Counted from the first letter of the whole stretch, positions 25,900 through 38,943 are shown. The stretch: 63,797 bases of DNA, filler included, from Octopus bimaculoides (GCF_001194135.2; 6 parts of 6 records of this genome joined end to end with filler, not necessarily neighbours in it), one strand, 5' to 3'. A program made the numbers and translations. Notes: generated by a model not told the origin, from the letters alone.

Positions 25900-26120
25900 C
25901 ATGATGTCAAGACAAGGGGACAGAATCACACACACACGCATGCACACACACACACACACAAATGCAACAAGCTTCTTTCAGTTTCCATCTACTAAATCCA
26001 CTCACAAGGCTTTGGTTAACTTGGTGCTATAGTAGAAGACACTTACCAAAGGTGCCATGCACTGGGGTTGAACCTAAAACCATGAAGTTGAAAAATAACT
26101 CCTTAACTACATAGCTATGC
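25900..26120 (-). mobile_element. SINE family A, 5' portion
   Basis: cttctttcagtttccatctactaaatccactcacaaggctttgg...tagtagaagacactt. Confidence 0.8.
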
Positions 26121-26755
26121 AGTATGTAGTTCATTAAAATTGCTTCTCAGAATAAAATAATTAATGCTTAAAAGAACTTTGTTCATTAAATTATACTATG
26201 AACTTTATCATTTTCCTCACTTCTGTATGGAGTTCATTTAAAAAAAAAACACTCACTAGAAAATTAACTTTTTCAACTTCAAATGTGGTATTTCTTTTGT
26301 TGGGTTTGTAAAAATTAAGTAAGCATTTCTTAGGGGTGCAGGACAGAATAAAGGTTGGGAACCTCTGCATCTACAAACCCACTTTCTTCCAACTATGTGA
26401 GTCTGCACAGGATCTTGCACTATCATGAGATGTTAGACTGGCTGTATGCATTATGTGTTATCTTAGTCATATTTACCTTTCACTCTCTCTCACACATACA
26501 ATCTTCACATTTTCTGAGAGTTTTTCTCATCACAATATACAGAACACAACATTCCTCAAGTATAAATGAAATAATATATTAACTCTTTTGGTAACAATCT
26601 TTCTGAAACTGCCCCTGGTTCTATAATATAAACTTTCTGTTTCAAAGTGCTCTAAATTAAAACCTTGCATCAAAATATTGTGTTAGTTTATGGTGTAAAC
26701 TTTAGTTTAATACTGACAAAGTTATAACAAAAGGATTAATAACAACAAAGCTCTT

Positions 26756-27029
26756 CAGTTCTATATTTAAGAGATGTGGAATTATGTACATTATTTACAA
26801 TTGACGGATATTTGTCCTTATCTTGTTTCGGCTAATATACCCTCCAGCCTTCATCAGGTGTCTTGGGGAAATTTCGAACCTGGGTTCTCATTCCTAAGGT
26901 ATTTTTCGATGTTGCTAATATTATTATTATTATTATTATTATTGATATTCAGGTCACTGCCTGGAATCGAACTCGGAATCTTGGGGTTAGTAGCCCGCAC
27001 TCTTAACCACTACGCCATATGCCCACGGG
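26756..27029 (-). mobile_element. tRNA-head/(TAA)n/hammerhead element (family H), left arm; 18-nt deletion removes the cleavage site
   Basis: Box A TGGCGTAGTGG (27007-27017), box B GAGTTCGATTCC (26963-26974), (TAA)n, then gacacCTGATGAaggctggagggtatattagccGAAAC. Confidence 0.85.
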
Positions 27030-27144
27030 TTTGAAATTTCCTCAAGACACTTGATGAAGGCTGGAGGGTATATCAGCCGAAACGTTGTGTTAACAACAAA
27101 CAGGATGAGGACAAATATCCGTCAATTGTGAATAATGTAAATAA
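27030..27144 (+). mobile_element. Family H right arm (inverted, headless)
   Basis: Reverse complement of the 3' part of the left arm. Confidence 0.85.
27046..27091 (+). ncRNA. Minimal type I hammerhead ribozyme motif (C3 mutated to U)
   Basis: GACAC UUGAUGA A GGCUG-gagggtatat-CAGCC GAA ACGU U GUGUU. Confidence 0.6.
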
Positions 27145-28092
27145 CAAAGCTGTTTTATTAAAATTCTTTGTTATTTTCAAAATTAATTCCTGGCATGGTA
27201 CCAGGATGTATACTGGCCATGGACATGTGGGATCAAATGTGTCTGGTACCTATTTACATTCTTATTTCAAATCCTGCAGAGGAGAACTTTGTCTTGAACC
27301 CTTTTGATACCAATCTGCTCAAAGCATCTAGTGGTTCTGTCAAATAAACTCTCTGTTTAAAATGATCTAAATTAAAATCTTCTGTCAAAAAAATTTCATG
27401 TTAATTCCTGATCCAAACATTAGTTTAATACTGACAAAGTTATTTTACTAAATTCTTCATTATTCTCAAAATTAACTGGAACAAAGGCAGTGTACTTCAA
27501 CAGAAATATGATTACAAAAGGTTAAAAGTGACTTAAATTATAACTTTCCATCAAAATTTCATACTACTTTATGCTCCAAACATCAGCTTGATACTGACAA
27601 AACTATTTTACTACGTTCTTCATTATTTTCAAACTTAATTGAAACAAAGGCAAACTATTTCAACAAAATTTTAGCAACAAAACAGTTAAAAAATAAAAAA
27701 TATTCTCAAATGAGGTAAAGCAAGAACAACAAAAGAAAAGTTACAACAAATTTTTCAAAAGTGTATTGAAGTTATGACCAAAGAGTGGGGTGGAGGTGGA
27801 AAAAAAGAAAAGAGTTCAGTGATTAGTATGTTAACTCTTTTATTGAGAAGTCATGTGACTAATAAGGCTAATGAATAGGTTAGGCATGTGATATGGACAT
27901 TACATATCTGGAATATAAAACAGAGTCACAGGACAGAATGTCTTTTATGGCTAATGTCTGTTAATCTTTTTTTATCTCAGTTAAACAATCTATTTTTTAA
28001 GAGGTTTTTCTATTGAGATGAATAGTCAGCTCATGTATGTATGTATGTATGTATCTATGTATGCATGCATGAATGAATGAATGATGCATATA

Positions 28093-28905
28093 CAGGGTGC
28101 AGTGAATATATTGTTGTATTGTTGTCTAAATTATGCAAAAATGAAAATAACACTGACCTCTCATTTTAACAGATATATTTACAAAAATTACATAAAAATA
28201 CCTTGAAATACTAAAGAGTAAATTTATTCAATAAAATTGCCATTGGCCTCCAGATGACTTCAGAATCTCCTGCAACTCTTCTGGACAGTCTCCTTTTTTA
28301 AGTTGGTGAATGGTGCCATAATCCTTGCCTTTAGTTTAACTTTAGTGTTACAAAAATTTTAGCTTGTCTCTCGCTCAAATGTGCCCCACACATAATAACC
28401 AAGGAGGTTGCAGTCAGGGGAGTTAGGTGGCCAGATGTTAGGGGTGATGTAGTCACAGAAATTGTCTGACAGCTAAGACTGGGTTCTCCTGCTTGTGTGG
28501 CATGGTGCAGAGTCCTGTTACCAGACATGGGGGTCTTCCAGCAGCCACCCTCTTGCACCAGGGCAGCACTACCTCCTCCAGGCACTTGATGTAGGCCTCC
28601 ATGTTGAGACTGAGGCCATGTGGGAAGATGAATGGAGGCATAACATCACCATCACTAGTGATCACTCCAAACACCATGATGTTGACTGGATGCTTGATTT
28701 TTTATCACTCTTGGTACATGTTTTGGGGATACAGCAAGCCAACGGTTGTCCTGTACGTTCACCATCTGATCCTGGCAGAAATTTTTCTCATCTGAGAAAA
28801 ACCAAAACATGTTTGGTTGGAGGGGATGCTTGAGTTTATTCAAAAGCTTCATAGCACAGTCTTTCCTCTTGTCCTTGATGGCTTGGGATTAAAATTGGCC
28901 CTTTC
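28093..28905 (-). mobile_element. DD37D (maT) Tc1/mariner transposase relic with one terminus
   Basis: WFFSDEKNFCQDQMVN, MVFGVITSDGDVMPPFIFPHGL, QDSAPCH...WPPNSPDCNLL(G)YYVWG; 37 residues between the D of DSAP and the third catalytic position (now G); TA|cagggtg terminus at 28091-28099. Confidence 0.92.
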
Positions 28906-29214
28906 TTATCTTGTATGAGGAATACCAAATGTCTTCATGCACTACCTCCCTGATGTTCTATCCTATTTATGCTATTCAGCATTATTACTATGCATGTGAG
29001 AATAAAATATTTCCATATCTGTATATTTCAATACAACTCAATGCTTCTAAAAAAGCAAACATTGTTTGTTTACATATATCNNNNNNNNNNNNNNNNNNNN
29101 NNNNNNNNNNNNNNNNNNNNNNNNTTAATTAATTAANNNNNNNNNNNNNNNNNNNNNNNNNNNNNNNNNNNNNNNNNNNNATATATATATATATATATAC
29201 ATATGTTTATTTAT

Positions 29215-29375
29215 ACAGGAGTGGCTGTGTGATAAGTGGCTTGTTTCCCAGCCATATGGTTCTGGGTTCAGTCCCACTGCTTGGCACCTTGGGCAAGTGT
29301 CTTCCACTATAGCCTAAGGCCAACCAAAGCCTTGTGAGTCAATTTGATAGACGGAAACTGAAAGAAGTATACCGT
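29215..29375 (+). mobile_element. SINE family A, 5' portion
   Basis: ggagtggctgtgtgataag...gggttcagtcccactgc...accttgggcaagtgtcttc. Confidence 0.88.
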
Positions 29376-29404
29376 ATGCATGTGTGTGTATGTGTATGTG
29401 TGTG

Positions 29405-29839
29405 AATCAGGTATTCTGCAAAATTCCCTTGCTATGCTGTAAAAGTCGCTCTCCTTGTCTGGGAAAAAAAACTCCGCTGCGGACGAGTTTTACCGTCTCA
29501 GAGTTTCTCGCCAGAAACGAGATGGTATCGCTTAAGCATCCGTCTTGTTCGCCAGATTTAGCAACTGCGGGATTCTCTCTCGTTCTTAAGATGAAAAGGC
29601 AGCTAGCAGGTTGCCGTTTTAACACCGTTGTCGAGATCCAGTGCAAATCGCAGACGTTCCTTGAATCACTTTACGGAAAAATGACTTCCAGGCCGTATTC
29701 CAAAAGTGGCAGGATCACTGGGACTGGTTTATTGCTGCGCAAGGTGACTATTTCGAAGGAGATGATATTAAAACTTAGGCAAGTAAGTTATTTTTTTATG
29801 ATAAATAACTAGTCTGGGAGGCTTTTTGATACCACCTTG
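29405..29839 (+). mobile_element. Mariner 3' fragment with right TIR
   Basis: KHPSCSPDLATAGFSLVLKMK...G.RF....EI; after a frameshift ENDFQAVFQKWQDHWDWFIAAQGDYFEGD; ends gctttttgataccaccttg|TA. Confidence 0.9.
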
Positions 29840-29841
29840 TA

Positions 29842-29895
<54 letters not shown>

Positions 29896-30087
29896 TATAT
29901 ACATATACATATATACATATATATACATGTATATATAAATATATACATATGTACATGTATATATATATATATATATTCAAATATATATATATATACACAC
30001 GCACATATACCTGTATACATGTACATATACATGTATATTTGTGTTTGTATATATGCATATTAGTATGTATCTATGTGTATGTGTGTG

Positions 30088-30172
<85 letters not shown>

Positions 30173-31414
30173 GTGTGTATATATATATATGTATATATAT
30201 GTATATATATACAATTAAACCTTGGGAGAGGCATTACGCCGTTAATACACATGCGAAATATATANNNNNNNNNNNNNNNNNNNNNNNNNNNNNNNNNNNN
30301 NNNNNNNNNNNNNNNNNNNNNNNNNNNNNNNNNNNNNNNNNNNNNNNNNNNNNNNNNNNNNNNNNNNNNNNNNNNNNNNNNNNNNNNNNNNNNNNNNNNN
30401 NNNNNNNNNNNNNNNNNNNNNNNNNNNNNNNNNNNNNNNNNNNNNNNNNNNNNNNNNNNNNNNNNNNNNNNNNNNNNNNNNNNNNNNNNNNNNNNNNNNN
30501 NNNNNNNNNNNNNNNNNNNNNNNNNNNNNNNNNNNNNNNNNNNNNNNNNNNNNNNNNNNNNNNNNNNNNNNNNNNNNNNNNNNNNNNNNNNNNNNNNATA
30601 TATATATATATATATACGTATTGCCTGGGATACGCCTGCTCGGTATTTTCTGTTCGATATCACTCGTTCTTTAATTTACGTTGTCCGATACCATGAAGCC
30701 GATAATATCTGTATATCTGTTATATTTCTTTGATCTCTCTGCGCAATATATCCGTTTATCACCTGATGCAATATCGTATCCTCGATAACACCTATTCCTT
30801 TTCTCCTAATCGACATATTGTCACCTCTATGTTATCAGCTTGTACAATATCTTATTCTCGATATTTATCAACCGAATATTACATGCTCAATAAGTTACTG
30901 CCGATTATCGCTTGTATGATATCACAATTGTGTAATGCTCTCGTACTTAAAGTGACGACATGCATTCGAAATAAAATGCCAAAGAAAATAAGTTAAGGTC
31001 TCGCTTCTGTTACGTTGATAGTTTAAGATGAATGTTATACTTTAAAACAAAGGATGCCTTTTTACCATAATTTGATTCTACAACCTGCTGATTCCCATCC
31101 TGTGTGCGTAACGCAACTTAGGTACATAGAATGTAAAAGCCTTACACTTCTCACTGGTTCTGATGTAATTCTTTCAATAATAAACCACGTCATCAGCGCC
31201 ATTGAGACTGAACAATGGCTCACTGAGGAAACAACTTTATACAATTGTTTGATGTGCTAGAAACAGCAACAAATGTTCCCTTAAATCACACCCTGTTGCC
31301 TTTAAAATAGCAAGATTAGATAATATGCTCTTGTGAATTAAGTGTATGATCCATGCAAAACAACGCTAAATGATTGTTGCAAATCTCTTCATTCCTGCCG
31401 ATTAACTAAATATA

Positions 31415-31590
31415 TAGGTGCAGGCATGGCTATGTCGATAGAGAGCTCGCTTTGTAACCATGTGGTTTCGTGTTCAATCTCACTGCAAGGAGCTATGCGC
31501 AAGATGTTCTAATGTACCCCGAACGGACCAATGGCTTTGTGAGTGAATACGGGAGACGAAAACTGTGTCGAAGCTCGTCGTATATATATA
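31415..31590 (+). mobile_element. Old SINE family A, 5' portion
   Basis: ggtgcaggcatggctatgt...gtgttcaatctcactgc...gctttgtgagtg...gaagctcgtcgtata. Confidence 0.65.
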
Positions 31591-31598
31591 TATATATA

Positions 31599-31652
<54 letters not shown>

Positions 31653-33184
31653 GCTAATAGAGTTAGCTGTTGGAATAACCGTCTAAGGGATAAGTCTATC
31701 AGGAATCAAATTTAAGTTAAGCAGAAAATGGAGAAACCTTGATGAACAACAATTGACTACCATCGATTATTATTTTTTAATAAAAAAATTTATCCTATCT
31801 AACAGCTATTTCTGCTTCGAATGTCCTACAGTGTTGCCAAAGAAAATTCTGAGAATAATAGTCGTCATATTTTGTAACATATCCGATATAGAACATGGAG
31901 CTTCATCAGAGTGAAGAAAAATACATAAAATAAAGAAAAGAAAATAAGAAGGACTTCGAAAGGAGGATTTGGATCATACCATTTTGCAGTGTGAGGCTTC
32001 AGGCTGTTGAGTAAATGACTAAGCTAGAAATATTAATTAGTGGGTTAATCTTTCTTTGGGGATACCAGATACATTTCGGGCCTTCGGAAGCTTTCTCAAT
32101 GGTGCTTAAATGCAACATCAGCCTCATGTTCACAACATCATATCGAAGTTGTTCACCGTCTGTACATCTATCTATCGGTTTCTTGCTATTACGACAACCA
32201 TTTATCCTCACTGCATATTCCGCTACTTTTCTGTCTGCCATATCGTGTAACATATAAACACGTGAATACAACATATTCATATACATATCAACACGCATTG
32301 ATGAATAATATACTCACACCATATACATTCCTATACCCATTTCATTTATCTCCCTCAGCACTCGTTATTTTCATTGTAATCTATCACTCAACACTCTTCC
32401 GCTCTAACTATTTTCGGTGTTCCATTCATCAGGCTACTTTGAAGATTTTATTTTCTTGTCTTTTCCTTTTTCATTTATTTTCCCCTTAAAAACTTTATTC
32501 CTTCTTTACCCTTTCTGACGAAGGAACATCGTCCGAAACGCTGAATGCCTTTCTTCACAACGCAATTATATTGATCTGTTATTTTCAGTGTTATTCATTT
32601 TTTTTTGTTTGCTTCTGTTAAGTTCCTTTTGCTTCCTTTTCCTCATGAATCTACATGGATAATTTTGGTAATCATTTTCAGCAAAACATCTTTTCTGGAA
32701 CATCACAATTCCTAATTATTACGACACATCTATCTTCACTAATTCGTAGTCACTCTGTCTGAAAGTAAGTTTTGATAATTCTATATACATATTCTAATCA
32801 TGTTTGTTAGTTATCTAACTCTTGTTTATCACATATGTTTACGCAAGTTCACATAATAATAACTTTATATGTGTGTGTGAGTGTGTGTTTGAGTGCAGCA
32901 TAGTATAGGATGGTTATAGAATAGTACGGTATAACACACACATATGCGAACGTGAATATGTTCAAATAAATTTATATGCTTGTGTGTGAGAGAGAAAGAG
33001 AGAAAGGTGAAAGGAAACATATACAAATACAGAGAAAGTTTTGTATTTTGTAATTTCAGTTTATTGTCAGAGAAAATGCGATAGGAACCACCGCTTTTGC
33101 AAAACTCACCACATTGATGATGTCATAGTAATGGATGTTCAATTTGTCTTTCTGGAGGGTGTGAGATGCAGAAAAAGAAAAAGC

Positions 33185-33343
33185 GCAAGAGTTGCTGTGT
33201 GGTAAGAAGCTTGCTCACCAACCACATGGTTCTGAGTTCAGTCCCACTGCGTGACACCTTACACAAGTGCCTTCTTCTATAGCCTCGGGCCGACCAAAGC
33301 CTTGTGCGTGGATTTGGTGGACGGAAACTGAAAGAAGCCCGTC

Positions 33344-33350
<7 letters not shown>
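33185..33350 (+). mobile_element. SINE family A, 5' portion
   Basis: gctgtgtggtaagaagcttgc...gagttcagtcccactgcgtg. Confidence 0.88.
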
Positions 33351-33386
<36 letters not shown>

Positions 33387-33547
33387 AATTCGCATAGAGA
33401 AACTTGCAAACCAAATGCAAAAACAAAATCTGATAAGATACATTCTTATAAATACGGGTTTATTGTATATAGAGAAATTTAGTTATGTTTAGATAAATGT
33501 ATGTGATGGTTATGATGTTCAATCCGCAGAAGGGGAACGACTGTAAA

Positions 33548-34035
33548 ATACAAAACCCAACTTGCTATCTGCACTTCGATTTTCGTACCTATCCTCACAT
33601 ACGGACATGGATATTGGATAATCATCGATATAGTACAATCACGAATACAAGCGGCCGAAATGGGATTCTTCCGAAGGATCTCTGGACTAACGTTACTCAA
33701 CAGAGTGCGAGTCTCGGAACTCAGGGAGTCTCTCCAGGTCGAGTCGCTATTTCTCCGCATTGAGAAATCACGGCTTCGGTACTGCGGATGCGTGAATAGT
33801 TTCTCATTATAATGGCGGATTCTTTTAGCCGGTCCAACTAGTATTAGACTTAAAGACAGACCAAGAACGAAATGGTTGGATAACATTCACAGTCTCAGAT
33901 GGTCACGATTAGGAATCCAACTGGAAAGTGTAATAACGGTTGCTTCTGACAGGTTAATGACGAAGAGGTACCTGCGGATTCTACCCTAATGACCCTTCTA
34001 GGAATAACGGGAGGAGAAAATGGATAAATGGATAA
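33548..34035 (+). pseudogene. RTE-clade (Rex3/Expander-like) LINE 3' fragment
   Basis: SIFVPILTYGH..W......SRIQAAEMGFFRRISGLTL..RVR.SELRESLQVE.LFLRIEKS.LR; RPRTKW; ends in tggataaatggataa repeats. Confidence 0.88.
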
Positions 34036-34229
34036 ATCTACCAGTAATAGGAGGAATAGGTTTCCAATGTTCTGTTGACGAATGTTGAATATTCTGGATA
34101 GAACACGAAAATGGTAAATGAAATTTTGTCCCATGATCTGTATATTAATCAAAATAGCTGAGAGGTATTGAAAAATAGAACAAGACACGATCGAATTGGG
34201 TTTCGATCCTAACAACTATTGCCTCATAA

Positions 34230-34639
34230 TGCTCTCTAATTTTGGCACAAGGGCAAGAATTTTCATTGGAAGGGTTAGTCGATCAAATCTACCCCAACAC
34301 TCAGCTGGTACTCATTTTATCAACCTTGAATGGATAAAAGCAAAGATGACCTCAACAGAATTTGAACTCAGAACGTAAAGAGCCAGACGAAATATCGCTA
34401 AACATTTTTGTGCGGCGCGGTACCGATTCTGCCAACTCACCACTTCATTTTTACCTTATAGTCTTTTCTACTCTTGGCACAAGGCCCGAAATTTGGGTGA
34501 GTGGAAGGAGGCCAGTCAATTATATCAACCCCAGTACGCAATTAGTACTTAATTTATCGACCCCGAAAGGATGAAATGCAAAGTCGACCTCGGCGGAATT
34601 CGAACTCAGAATGTAGCAGCAAACGAAATAATGATGATG

Positions 34640-34698
<59 letters not shown>

Positions 34699-34960
34699 AA
34701 GAAGAAGAAGAAGAAGAAGAAGAAGAAGAAGAAGAAGAAGAAGAAGAATCCTATCTACTAAAGGCATAAGGCTTGAAATTTGGGGAAAGGGGACTAGTTG
34801 ATAACATCGTCCCCAATGTTTCACTGGTACTTAATTTATCGGCCCCGAAAGGATGAAAGGCAAAGTCGACCTCGTCGGAATTTGAACTCAGGACGTAAAG
34901 AACCAGACGAAATATCACTAAAGTTTTTGTGAGGCGCGGTACCGATTCTGCCAGCTCACC
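34230..34960 (-). mobile_element. Three tandem SINE family B copies (about 34230-34440, 34465-34630, 34765-34960) with a (TAA)n(AAG)n tract
   Basis: ccgaaaggatgaaa(g)gcaaagtcgacctc at 34563 and 34845; atttgaactcag-like motif in all three. Confidence 0.85.
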
Positions 34961-35313
34961 ACTTTATTTTTAGCTCATAATCCCGCACTTAATCTTTTAA
35001 TCTGTTCCACCCAAACATGCCGCAAATACCAGATATTGTTAAGATAAAATGTTACAGAAGATACAAAAGAAGCGCACATTCTCACCATGTGATTGTCTAT
35101 TCATAAATGGCTCTTGCTATTATATCACATTTTGATAAAACACAACGCGTCCTTTGATAGACAAATGTTAGAAACATGTACTGACATTGTTGCAAAGAAT
35201 CATTTTGCTTGAAAAGGATGTTACGTTAATGTCTAAAATTATCACGATACATGGGAAATACATTAACATCTTTCTTTTATCAAATGTACAAATTTTCCAC
35301 TCATTCATTAACT

Positions 35314-35373
<60 letters not shown>

Positions 35374-35416
35374 NNNNNNNNNNNNNNNNNNNNTATGTGT
35401 GAGTGTGTGTGTGTGT

Positions 35417-35448
<32 letters not shown>

Positions 35449-35777
35449 TTCTCTGTGTGTGTGTGTGTGTGTGATAAGTCTATTTCATGGTGATATTACT
35501 TTGCTAGTTACTTTCCATATAATACCGTACCGATAAAACGTTGATGGGTATTGAATAAATTATTGTTTTGTCGGCTATATAAATGGAAATATATGTATGA
35601 AATATCACAACAACAAATATTTAAATCAATGTCTAAGCAGACGACAAGAAGGTAACACAATTCTGAGAGTGGAGTTAAATTTATCATAAAATTTGTTTTG
35701 ACTGTAGAATTATTCGACTGTATTCTGTAAGCCGACAGTCGAAACTTTAAGTTACAGACAAAATACATATATTGCGA

Positions 35778-35850
35778 GCTGAAGGGAATCAGCCGAAACT
35801 TTGTGTTAACAACAAACAAGATGAGGACAAATATCCGTCAAATGCAAAAT
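35778..35850 (+). mobile_element. Family H fragment (stem II, GAAA and tail)
   Basis: gctgaagggaatcagccgaaactttgtgttaacaacaaacaagatgaggacaaatatccgtcaaatg. Confidence 0.75.
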
Positions 35851-35938
35851 ACCGTAAATTATGTTCAGAACATTAAGTCGGACGAAATGCTGCAAAGTGT
35901 TTTGCTCGGCATGTTAACGATTCCTCCACTACGCCACC

Positions 35939-36059
<121 letters not shown>

Positions 36060-38142
36060 NNNNNNNNNNNNNNNNNNNNNNNNNNNNNNNNNNNNNNNNN
36101 NNNTTAATTAATTAANNNNNNNNNNNNNNNNNNNNNNNNNNNNNNNNNNNNNNNNNNNNTATATGTATGTATATATATATATATATATATACGTATATAT
36201 GTATGTATAGATAGATAGATAGATAGATTTGTTTGTATTCGGCTGAATATGCAAATACAAATATATAAGTAGGTGTAAAAACATGAATATTCTGTGCTTT
36301 GTTAATATTTTCTTATCTCGTACTTCAGTACAAAGATTGAGAAATTAAATCAATATATTAATTTGTGCCTCTTATTTTCGTCATTATCCATGCATATATG
36401 TTTATACTGTATTTATATAATGGTTTTCCTCTATATTTCACTTACGACTGTCTTCAATATGAATTGTTAAATAGTAAAAATTTCGTCTATCTTTATATTG
36501 AAATATCGATTCCATTTTTAACATAAACATAGGTAAATATGAATGTGTAATTGTTCCGATTTTCGTATGTGGGTGTGTGCGCTTGTATTTGTGTACGTGT
36601 TCCCAAGTTTGTGCGCATATTTGTGCGTGTGCGTATTTGTGACGTGTATGTGTTTATGTATTTTAGTGTTTGTTGTTATTATTATTATTATACACTTAAT
36701 TTTTTTTTTGTCTCCTATGCTGTATATATATATGAGGTCAGATCGATGCCCGCCATAGCAACAGATATCTGATATTGATGAAGTGTTATTTCGCAGACGC
36801 TGCAAACTACAAATCCCTCGAAGTTTTATCTCCGTGACTACGCATCTTAAAAACTTTACATTTGTCAGGTACTGAGATATAATAAGCAAACACGCATTCA
36901 ATTTTACTAGTAGTAATGATATTGACCAAATGCTCTTCTTTGCCCCGTTATTTATTCATTAAATTTATATGTTTATATATTCGTTTTTCACCTTACGGTC
37001 AATGATATTTCTCCGGGACAATACGATCTAATGTAACGAGTGTATTATTGAACATAACAAGGGAAATTAGCCTAAAACTTTAGTAAACAAACGCGATATT
37101 TGTACTGCATGTGCTGCTTTAACTACCGCCAGTATAGATATACAATTATATAGTATAATACGACTGTGTGGTGAAAGCTTCAGTCTGCCCTGTATTTAAG
37201 CTACGATTTTGCTATTTTTTTATTTCTTTTTCATCAATATTTCTTCTTTGGATTTTATTTACCTGTCAATTTATTTTTCTAATTTAATCTTTCTGAATTT
37301 TCGTTGTAAATTGTGAAATTAATAGCGACTGTAACACGTGTTCACGAGCAGAACAGTCAGAGCTGTGCTTCTCCAGCATATTAATGACACTATCTTACAT
37401 GAGATCAACACACCGAATGGCCCTTAACATTGTCGTTCAACTGAGCTAGAAATATCAGCCAAATTTTTCTTAAATCTTAGCTTTACTGCCTTAAAACAGG
37501 AACGTCTTATACGATGTAACTAAGACATATAATATGGCAGGCAGTTTACAGTTGTAATGTCTTTGAACATAGTTTGCTGAGTGTAGAGCTAAACAGAAAC
37601 GGCGGCACGGTAGAATACAGGACACGGTAGAAAAACGTTCCATGTTTTACACAGCCATTTGTGCGCTGGTTGTCGAAACGGTGTCTTCAAACAGCTAAAG
37701 TGTTATTGTTTCTTTCAGCTTATTAATAAAATGGTTTTATGTTGTTGTAGATTCCTTTGTCTACCTAAAATGTGTAATAGTTAGGACTGGACCGTCTTTG
37801 TTTGGCCAGGTTTGTTACTAAACAAAACAAAATATTCTACAGCAGTCTGTCTCTGCAAAGCGATAATTTCTAAAAGTACGCATTATTTACTCATCTGCTG
37901 TTCTATTTTTAAATGTAACAATCGACAAGCATCTCTAATAGAGTATTCAACTATCATCCCACATCATCGTTATATTGTCCGCGCAATCCCGAACGATTAG
38001 AAATTCATTAAGTATCGTTGTTGCAAGAGAAATTTAGGTTTGCTTGAAGCATTAGAAATATTAACGAAACAATAAAGAAATAATGCATAGAGCTTCTTAC
38101 AATTCGAAGAAGGAATATATAATTCGTTAATTTCTCATAATA

Positions 38143-38833
38143 TTGCGTTGAGTCAAAAACTTTACAATATTTTGGTAACTTATTTGTTTTATTCGTCAAG
38201 TTACAACAAATGTAGTCTAGCATTCGATGTAGAGGCCATCGTATTGTACTCTCTAAATCCACCTTTCTGCCAGTTTATTGATCCCTCCCCGACATCAGTA
38301 CTTGCCATTCGAGACGAAGAACTCCTTCACTGGATATTCCACCTCACCTTGTTTGATGAAGCGTCGCGAGCGCAACAATACGTGGGAGCTGGATCCGGAC
38401 TATATGCTGTGGGTGTGGCATCAGGTTTGATTCCCTCAAGTTCCTAGAGTTTATTCCAGGTTGTTCGAGCGGTATGATGTCTTGCGTTGTCATACTTCAG
38501 GTCCCGGAAGTTGGCTATTCCTTAAGCATTGCTTATGCATTTTAGGATTGCTGGAAACTATTTCCCTTGAATTATTACTTGTTCAAATCTACGGTTGCCT
38601 TCCTGCGCTCGCGACGCTTCATCAATCAGAGGAGGTGAACGTTTCAACGTATAAGTTCTTCACCACGAAGGACAAGTACTGGTGTCAGGACGGTATTAAA
38701 AAAAAAAACATTGCAGAAAGTTGGCTTCAGCAAGAGCAACACAATGGCCTCTACTTCGAATGCCAGGCTTTGTAACTTGATGGGTAAAACAAATAAGTTA
38801 CCAAAATATTGCAAAACTTTTGACTCAACACCA
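38143..38833. mobile_element. About 690 bp foldback/MITE with about 230 bp inverted arms and mariner-like termini
   Basis: Left gttgagtcaaaaactttacaatattttggtaacttatttgtttt...ttgatgaagcgtcgcgagcgca mirrors right tgcgctcgcgacgcttcatcaa...aaaacaaataagttaccaaaatattgcaaaacttttgactcaac. Confidence 0.9.
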
Positions 38834-38837
38834 CATC

Positions 38838-38943
38838 TTGGATGAAACAGCCATCAACAGAGGAAATCAGTAATGAATGCTTTCACTGGATTGGATGAAA
38901 CAGCCATCAACAGAGGAAATCAGTAATGAATGCTTTCACTGGA
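38838..38943. repeat. Perfect two-copy 53-bp tandem duplication
   Basis: ttggatgaaacagccatcaacagaggaaatcagtaatgaatgctttcactgga twice. Confidence 0.95.

Noticed and set aside
26951-27024. Functional tRNA gene reading of SINE heads (also 55225-55300 and family A/B/E heads)
   Set aside because: A and B boxes are present but I cannot build a complete cloverleaf with an acceptor stem; they are embedded in repeats.
29768-30218. ORFs of YI/CV/HT dipeptides and poly-amino-acid ORFs throughout the window
   Set aside because: Translations of (TA)n, (TG)n and trinucleotide microsatellites.
35712-35752. Hairpin ttcgactgt...acagtcgaaac resembling a hammerhead stem II
   Set aside because: No CUGANGA upstream and no pairing for stems I or III.
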